DNA from: Tubulanus polymorphus | Taxonomy: Eukaryota > Animalia > Nemertea | NCBI RefSeq assembly: GCF_964204645.1 | Contig: NC_134029.1 | Span: 12,550,850 to 12,614,849 of the forward strand | DNA: 64,000 bases | Direction: 5' to 3' | In this document: in pieces, positions 55,609-64,000 of the stretch | How the letters are laid out: every line of letters begins with the position of its first letter | Position numbering within the stretch: position 1 is the stretch's first letter | Program-made: the position numbers and the translations under genes | Notes under the pieces: model-generated | What the model was told of the DNA's origin: nothing | The model's input: only the letters and a program-made list of their open reading frames with translations | Databases searched by the model: none

Positions 55609-58600
55609 TGATGTGATCTGTAGAATCCTGGTCACGGCACCAAATGTGGGCTGCACTGCCACTTATGAGGACCAGGTCCGTAAGAGAAGAAGAGAGTAAA
55701 CCGGGAGAACACGTCTTTACTGTATCAGCATCATAAGACAACTAACTTTATTTCCTATAATGTAAACTAAACTAAAAAGAGTACATGTGGTCAAGTAATT
55801 ACATAGATCCATCATCTTGACAGCTGCGGTTCAAAGACTACTTCAAAGAATACTTCGGCTGTTGCCGACACCTCCACAGCCGACTTGATCAGGCGTTTAG
55901 CTTCAAAAAGAATAATAGATACCAACTAAATTAAACGAGGAGCATTCACCAATATTTGGCCACTCCCACTAGAGGGTGCCCTCAATGCTTCCCCTTTTGG
56001 AAGACTTACATGATGCCCAAAACACTTCAACCCACAAGAGTATTTTTATGGTGTCACAGAATCCCAAAAATGCACACGCCAAAAATCCTTTCCTCAAATG
56101 ATAGTAAATCCGACACCACAAATATAGTTTAGGGAAAAAGGCAAAGATTTAGAATTTTATGTATATGATAATATTCTCTTGAATACTATTTATTACTTCT
56201 TGGAAATATAATAACAATAAACAATATACACACAACCTCGAGGTTATCTCTTATTTACAACATTTTAAGTAGATAAGATGGCCAACCGGCCACCAAAGGA
56301 GGAGATTAACAGAGGCATATTGCCGCCCTTAATACAAGTGCACGACTCGCACCAGAAACCACTAGTATTAAGAATAAAGATTTCAGATAGTCTAACATTA
56401 CGACTCAACAATAGTTACTTAAACCCTGCGCTCGTTTTACGCTAAAGAAAATGTAACTCTAAGTGCTCTTAATAAAGATAAGAATTTTCGCTATATTTAA
56501 TCATAGTTCCAGTTAAGTATTTATTTAATTATCTTTCCTATTATGTTTATGTAAGAGATGGTCACTATTCCGAAAACTCAAAAGTTGAGGGAAAAATCAA
56601 GAGAGGAAATCGGAAAGAAGAATACTTTCGGGGAATAATTCAAAGGAGAAAGCCTCCTTGAACTCTGAAAGATTGTTTTCCGAAAACATCTTGGAAGAAA
56701 AACAACTTTGAGAATAAGGACCAAGAAATATTTTTACTAAAGAGAATCAGTGCTAAGTTAGTCAGTAACCTGTCTGTGGTTTAGTTTCACAATCGGATAT
56801 TTTCACAAACCACAGTCAGGAATGGGAAGGTCATTTTTGTATGAAATCTTCGTCAGCCAGTTTGACTGACGAGTAATTTGCCTGGCATTTCATTGTCACT
56901 TAAGATATCCGTCTAATTTTTGTTGTAATCGACGCACAACAGATTCGTAGTTTGTCTGATACCTATAACACCTCACCTGACGATCTTAATCCATGTGCAA
57001 ATCGGCCGTAAAGTGAGAGTAAATTTCCGTCGGGTCAACAGCTGCCATTTTGAAAATTACTGGCGGTGCTGGCACCTGTGGACTGAGGCCAGGACAACAG
57101 CACAAACTAAGGAACCAAAACGACGAAATTGAAAAAAATTAAGAAATCAACATTTATTCACATTTTTCTTTTACCAGAATTTATTATTTCATTATTTATT
57201 ATGGAAAACACGAAGATTTGAAATATAAGTTGGAAAACCATCAAAAATAAAAATTGTCGTTTCGTCTTGGAAGTTTTATATAAATCCTTGTAGGTCCCCT
57301 TGTCTTATCAATATCATGCCACATGTGCAATACAGAGAAATGGCGGCCAATGGCGAAATTGGTGGAGAAATTAATTAATTTCTCAAAATAATGTTGATTA
57401 ACCACTCGAAACATACATAAAATTGGATTATTTCGAAAGGTACCTGTGTTAGATTGTGAATTAAGCCATTAATTGTGGACTGAAGTGAATAGAAAGTATA
57501 TTTTTGAAGTGTTACTTTTTTCAACCGTGTTTTGGTCCTTGTCATCCCTAACGTTGGTATAAGCCCATCCGATTATAAAAAGCTTAACACCAACGATTAG
57601 GTAACTAACTAGTGCTAAGTATGACTTACTAAGAAAATTAGATTAATCCCTCCCCCATAGTTCGAAATCTTAGTAATACACACCTAAGAATGTGCACCGA
57701 GACTAATTCATAAAGCACATTTTTGCCTTTTATGGAGCCCAGATTATGACATAACCCCATCTAATTGGCTAAAACAAAGCACCCCGAGCACGCAATGAAC
57801 CGTATAGTGGCGCCATCTCAGGCACAGAGCACAGCATAGAAATATCGATTTAAGCACGGGAACATCGATTAAGGCATATTAACTTGAAAAATACAACCCG
57901 GGAGTGACCCGAACAGATAGATAAGGTCTTCAAGTACAGTTTTTGAATTCAAACTAAATCATACAATATTTCATTAAGATAGAAATAAAATAGTTTCTAA
58001 TATGCCAGACCGAAGTCCATAGCATTTAACATTCTTGTTTCAGAATTACAAATACGTTATAAGGTTTTATTTTACATCATACAAACTTTTAATATGAATT
58101 TAATATGAATTTAATATGAATTTTAGACTGAACTGGGGAGGACTCTGCAGCTGGAAAATAAAAAGAACAGAACTAAGTGAAACGAATTTCTTTCCGCTAC
58201 ACCAGTGACTGTTGTTTGTTTGTTGTGCAAATTTATTTCACTGAAGCAAAAAATAAATATATAAGTAAATATATGCCAATAGGCCTATAGCTTTCTTTTC
58301 TGTTGTCTCTTGTTTTTTCTTTCTCTAATTTTAAAAAGGCTTGTGTGGAATTTTGGGATTTGTAAGTCGCCTCCCTTCCCTCCAAGGAAAGCCCTTTAAA
58401 AATCGGACCTAAAAATCAATCCAGAGTACACTGAGGTAGGCTAAGTGGGACATCGAATCCAATGAGATCTTCCATTTGTATATTATATTGATCAATAAAA
58501 TTAAAGTTCAAGTTCATTTGTTGATGGTATAAAATCCGAACTACACGGACGAAACGAAAAATGGGAACCTAGTTTTGAGTCTCCTGAAAAAGCCAATTCC

Positions 58601-58674
58601 GATCCGGAGCCATCCAATATAGATAATTCCGCATTATAGCTGCTGTACAACAACGTTTTGCCAGCTTGGCACAA

Positions 58675-58773
58675 ATGGCGTCTCAAGGCGAAGTTGACGA
58701 ATTATTTGATGTGCGGAATGCATTTTACCTGGGAAACTTTCAGCAGTGTATCAACGAAGCCCAAAAACTAAAG
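58675..58773 (+). CDS. COPE: Coatomer subunit epsilon, first coding exon
   Basis: Translates [33 protein letters not shown], followed by a GTAAGA donor; matches the recognisable epsilon-COP N-terminus. Confidence 0.9.
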
Positions 58774-59081
58774 GTAAGAAGCTTTTTTAATATGTAATAT
58801 GTAATAGATGAAATGTAAGCAGTCAGGAACACTTTCCAAAAACGGCTTAATTCTGTTCTAGTTCTACTGTCTGTGAGACTGACAGTGTCAGTCTCACAGA
58901 GGGACTTGTCACGACTGATAATGGATGAGACCAATGATGGGGGTACCAGTATCCCTGCAACTGTATAATAAAATAACAAGGGTGGCAACAAATTTTCAAT
59001 CTAACAATGACTTCTCCACTTCAATCGACTGTAATTCCAAAAATTCTCAACCGATTCACATGAAATAAGCTTTAGTACAAC

Positions 59082-59587
59082 CTACTGTCTGTCACACCTA
59101 CTCTCCGTGCGACGTTTTGGTCCGTAATTTCGTTAATAATCGGTTTATCTACCTTTATTATGCATCAATTTGTTCAGTGAGGAATTTGCATTCAGAAATA
59201 AACAACAATTTTCACTTAAGTTGTTTTTGTTTTCATTTATGAGCGATAGTTTACTCAGCATACGCTCGCGTAATGCTGAAAAATCCGCTCCGCGGACGCT
59301 CGGAAACGTTACAGTGACGTCATCACCTGCTCATTAGCATATCAAAATACAGTAGGTGGCGCCACGTGACGGGCCATAAAAGCCGTTTTTCAGCATTACG
59401 CGAGCGTATGCTAGGTAAACTATCGCTGATAGAAGAAAACACAAACAAATTTCTGCCAGTTCATGATTTATTTCTGAATGCAAATTCCTTACTGAACAAA
59501 TTGATGCATAATATTTACAGATCAACCGATTATTAACGAAATTAAGGACAAAAACGTCGCACGAAGAGCATGTGTGACAGACAGTAG
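59082..59587. mobile_element. MITE with ~125-bp imperfect TIRs
   Basis: CTACTGTCTGTCACAC...TTCAGAAATAAA is mirrored at 59466-59587. TSD not evident. Confidence 0.8.
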
Positions 59588-59713
59588 AAGACTTTCTGCT
59601 TCGAACGAGCCTTCAACCACCCTTCTCCGACAATTATCTCACAACGAAATCACCTTTTTTTGACGAGAGATAGCTCAAAATGGAGGTCTACCGATTATAT
59701 GGTGGACAGCAAA

Positions 59714-60230
59714 ATTCAACATTGCCGATATCGCCGTCGTTCGCTTTTTAGTAAGCGGCGCTGTAAGAGCGGTCTTGGTGTGTCTTCAACATTGCCGATA
59801 TCGCCGTCGTTCGGTTTTTAGTACGCGGCGCTGTAAGAGCGGTCTCGGCGTGCCTTCAACATTGCCGATATCGCCGTCGTTCGCTTTTTTGTAGGCGGCG
59901 CTGTAAGAGCGGTCTCGGCGTGTCTTCAACATTGCCGATATCGCCGTTGTTCAGTTTTTAGTAGGCGGCGCTGTAAGAGTGGTCTCCGCGTGTCTTCAAC
60001 ATTGCCGATATCGCCGTTGTTCGGTTTTTAGTAGGCGGCGCTGTAAGAGTGGTCTCCGCGTGTCTTCAACATTGCCGATATCGCCGTCGTTCGGTTTTTA
60101 GTAGGCCGCGCTGTAAGAGCTGTTTCGGCGTGTCTTCAACATTGGCGATATCGCCGTCGTTCACTTTTTAGTAGGCGGCGCTGTAAGAGCGGTATCCGCG
60201 TGTCTTCTGTCGATATCGCCGTCGTTCGGG
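59714..60230. repeat. 70-bp tandem repeat, seven copies plus a partial
   Basis: CAACATTG at 59717, 59787, 59857, 59927, 59997, 60067 and 60137. Confidence 0.95.
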
Positions 60231-60515
60231 TAGCCAGTTGTAGCTTCGATGAACGTTGCTGAACATCACTGAATTTAAAACCATAAGTGAATCAACCGAA
60301 ATTTTTGAGGAATGCTATGCAAAGCAATATTTTATTTATTGTATTACCCGTATTTCGTTATTTTATTTTTTAAAATGCAAAACATTGTTTAGAAAAAGTA
60401 ATCAAGTTTCATTAAATGGAAAAAGATTAAGATATGTACAATGCGTGGTAAATAAATTAGAAAATTAAAAGATATTAACAAATATATCAACAGGAAGAGT
60501 TATACGAAGGTCGTT

Positions 60516-62763
60516 TTAATCTTCAGAGTCGTCGTGATCCTTTTTTCGGTGGTCGGCGGTCCTTTTTTCTCCTGCAGGGCCGAGATTGTCAACAAATGAT
60601 TTGGTGGTAATAGCCAACGATTGCAATAATTTATCGATGTTAGCGCGCATTTCGTCGTCGACGGAGCGGTAATTAACTTTTCGAAAGAGAACGCTCACTC
60701 GTCCGCCGCGAGCCGGTCTCCGGTGCTCCAATGAACCCAAACCTAGATCTTTTAATCGTGAAAATTCGGCTTGCACTGTTTCACTAGGCATCCTCGTGCG
60801 GTTGACGATGAAGGACGCAGTAACTACTTCGCCTGGGGTGAGTAGTATTTTGGTAGCCAGGCGTGACGGCAATACATTTAAATCTTCCGCGATATTGTCA
60901 ATCACTCCCGACAAAAACTGTTTATGCACAATGAAGTGATTCATCAACCGTAGTGCGCGTACAGCGGTTTCTTTAGTGATTACATGGATGAACGCCTGAC
61001 ATTTCTGTTCGGATTTTAAAACCGGGACGGCTTCATTATTTTAAATTTTCAGCAAATCCTGTACCTGTGCTACAAGAAGATCGTCCAAAGATTTGCCGGA
61101 ATTTACTTGAAACAGTAACGTTGCGGCGTCGTTAATTGCTTGCAATACCATTGCTAATTGGTGCAACTGTCCTTTGGCTTTGCTATAAACGGCTGCTAGA
61201 TACAGGTTTTTATAATGATTTTCTTCCAGGAATTCCTGCGTCTTTGCCCAATTATCTAACATAACTTCTTTGGCGCCGACGTCATATTCATATACGTGAA
61301 AACCATCAGCATGAGTGGCATGTACCGTATATGATAAGCTGAAAGGAAAAAGGCAATACCGTGGTTAAAGTATAATGGAACATTAGGCAGATACGTGAAT
61401 TAATGGAGGGGTCTCGTCCACGTTTTTTTTAGATATTTTCTTATTGGTCAACGTTAAAGAATATCTTTCCGTTGCAAAGATGGAGTCTGCATGTTAATTT
61501 CTGTTATTGAATTGGGATTCTTCGGGAAAACAGGTTTCGGCAGGACCATCACAAAGCGGCTATATAATCTGTCGTCCTTGGCTACGCGTTCCTGATCGAG
61601 TAACTTGCACGTGGCATCTGGATGTGACATTCCGCATATGTTAAGAGTGGGTTTCTCTACGAGTATGGTAACTGGAAAACAAACGAGGAAAAAATTGAAG
61701 CTTAATTAATGGAATCTAATAAAATGTTAACGTATTAAATATCATATGAAATGAACGAAATAATATGTTTGATTTCAATCGAAATAACCATCCAATACAA
61801 CCGTACGTACAACATGGTTCGAATTGTTTCATAAATTGCGATAATTTTGCTGAATGTGTAACAATGTTTGTGAATAGTTTTATAAGATATTTCGCAGTAG
61901 CGTCATATCTTTTTGCTTATAAATCATGATTTATATAAACTGTATTGCATCGAAAAAGAATCGTTATTGAAAAAACGGATATTTTCGGAATATTACTATC
62001 TTTGAACAAAAGAGTTTACCTTGGCAATTTTGTTTTTTCATCGAGGCCGGTCCATTGTACGCCGTACAATATATACTTCGGTCGTAATCGGCGGCCGCAT
62101 TAGGTTTAAACAACCCTAGAGTCCCCGTCCAAGTGGTCATCTCATCCCAAAGCTGGATCAAATTTGGAGTCGTCTGCATCACCTTGAGGAGGGATTCGAC
62201 TGTAGTTGCTTTAACGAAGGTTTCATCGATTAGTACGGAAATCTACCCAGAAATAGTGTGTTTATCTAAAAAGTACCCACCAAGATTGCTACATTGTAGG
62301 CAGTATATAAGTAAATTTCTTTTCATAATATTGCTATAAGTAATGCTTGTTCTATGTAGTAATTTAAATTCCCTATCGTTAATTGTTGTCTATGTTGGAA
62401 AAAACTGGTATTGAACTTACATTGGTTGATATGCGAATCTTCGAGTTTGATGTTTGTAACCGATTCAACTGCGATAACAGAATCTCGGACTAAATCCATA
62501 GCGCCGCTTTTATTTGTGCCGGACGATCCTATGGCCATGCAAAAGAGAATGTTGGGTTGCCAGTAAGATTTGAATGCATGGATCTCGGAACGATACATGA
62601 AGTGCGAAGCAGCAGTAATAGTCAGCATCAAAATGTATTCCAAAGGAAACGCGCGAGAGTTCGAATACTGTCTTAGGATATCCAGAGTCAAGTTGTCGGC
62701 TACATCATCGGGCAGCGGCAACTTGTAGCAGGCATCAACGCGGGCTGTGTACTTGGACTCCAT
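60516..62763 (-). pseudogene. Spliced DUF3987/YfjI-like AAA+ ATPase/helicase gene, apparently frameshifted
   Basis: PNILFCMAIGSSGTNKS (Walker A), LWDEM (Walker B), PTLNICGMSHP, YSRF and KAKGQL..LA. GTAAG/GTAAA donors near 62420 and 62019; CAG acceptors near 61672 and 61339. Confidence 0.7.
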
Positions 62764-63380
62764 GACTGGTTGGTATGATGATACCTTTGCGAGACTAAGT
62801 ATTTATACCTATGGGAAAACGATGAACGTGCTTCAACGAATCAGTCAACAATTTTACAGAAAAATTGACAAACTCTAGTGGTAGTTCTTTATTTCATACA
62901 TTTTTCGATTTGCCAGGGTCAAGATTGTAAACAGGCAACTTTGACAGGAAACGGTCATATCAAAATTGCGTAATAAGGAGAGTATTTTCGTGGTCGTTAG
63001 CATCCAGAGGAAGTTTTGACACTAATCTGAAGGTAGCCTTAATGGGTGCCAGATGACTGACACGAAAGTTGTGTTGATATAGTGCCAACAGGCAACCGCT
63101 GCGACCACTCATAACCTAATAATGGAAAAAGTTTCACAATGTGAACATTGTTCAGACAACGAATATCCACGAATAAAGAATATTTCAACGAATATAAAAC
63201 TGCTTTCCTACACAAGAATATTCGCTATAAAAGTTTCAATATTATCCGAACGGCCATTATGATAACAATCAAAATTATAAAAACAATAATGATATGAAAA
63301 CGATAACACGAGATATGAATATAAAAGAGGCGCTAAATGATATATGATATGTGATGAGATTGATACAATACATTTCTGTT

Positions 63381-64000
63381 CTACATCGCGTTCTGGGGAT
63401 CAGCTGCGAGTTTCTCCTCATGATGAGAATCAAATCGAGTGCAAATTAATTTGTTACTACCAGTGATTTGGCTGCGGGTTTCAAGGAGTTAGTTTAACAA
63501 TACCTATTTTTCTTTACCAAACTAACCGTGTATTTACTAAGATAAATCTTTAGTGTACCGGGGAGTCGTAGGCCTAAACGAAACACGCCGAAGAGATATA
63601 GCGGAGAAAAGCTGTTATGTCGACGAGGTATCAAAATAAAAAAATATATTACTTTATTCGGCTGCGGGCTTCAACCTCTATATCAATACCATCAATACTC
63701 TATATTTCCTACAGTACATACCGATCATTGTCAAATGCACAAGGTATTTACTAAATACAAGTATATAACACACTCCTATCCGTATGCTGGACTCACACTT
63801 GACATTCGGAGTAAGCGTTCGCTGTGGGGGAAAGGAGATCGTTCGCTGTGTCGCTTGAAGTGTTTATCGAGTTTTACGCGACCTTAAGGCTTTAGTATGG
63901 TGGCTGATAAGATAAAAAAACACGAATATGCAAATGAGGGCGACATTACGACAAAACGACAAAACAAATAACGCGAGAAAACAATGATTTTGATTTTGTC
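63381..64000. repeat. Second copy of the 27442-28066 repeat, running off the window at the point where the 31-bp satellite begins
   Basis: Direct sequence match. Confidence 0.9.

Larger units (their letters stand above)
49381..55870 (-). mobile_element. Full-length BEL/Pao LTR retrotransposon
   Basis: 226-bp apparently identical LTRs (49381-49606, 55645-55870; TG...CA), 5-bp TSD CCTCC, PBS TGGTGCCGTGACCAGG (tRNA-His-like), gag-PR-RT-RH-IN order. Confidence 0.97.

Noticed and set aside
59714-60230. Possible CRISPR array or CTCF-site array
   Set aside because: No spacers. AGTAGGCGGCGCTG only partly matches the CTCF consensus, which cannot be supported without a motif scan.

Overview
Animal (probably marine invertebrate) genomic DNA. 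The host is inferred from a COPE first exon with a GT donor, BEL/Pao LTR elements and a tRNA-derived SINE head. Positions ~1-45.5 kb are a nested pile of at least six partial, mostly degraded, very AT-rich Maverick/Polinton-like (adintovirus-like) elements. They encode pPolB, a chromodomain-bearing DDE integrase, an A32-like packaging ATPase, putative major and minor capsid proteins, membrane proteins and HNH nucleases, and they are interrupted by solo LTRs and satellites. Four features stand out. (i) Almost every gene starts with T-tract-N5-8-TAAATG or A-tract-N8-10-TAAATG, the grammar of poxvirus post-replicative promoters. (ii) Four termini (5'-AGTAATAGGG) are self-complementary fold-back hairpins whose arms co-vary between copies. 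(iii) One hairpin end sits next to an intact 758-aa ORF with Rep_trans-like rolling-circle initiator motifs. (iv) One HNH gene sits between 22-bp direct repeats, with the empty allele present nearby. The right part holds a young full-length BEL/Pao element (49381-55870), a Harbinger fragment, COPE exon 1, a MITE, a 70-bp tandem array and a spliced DUF3987-like ATPase/helicase gene. All family assignments come from motif recognition by eye; no searches were run.
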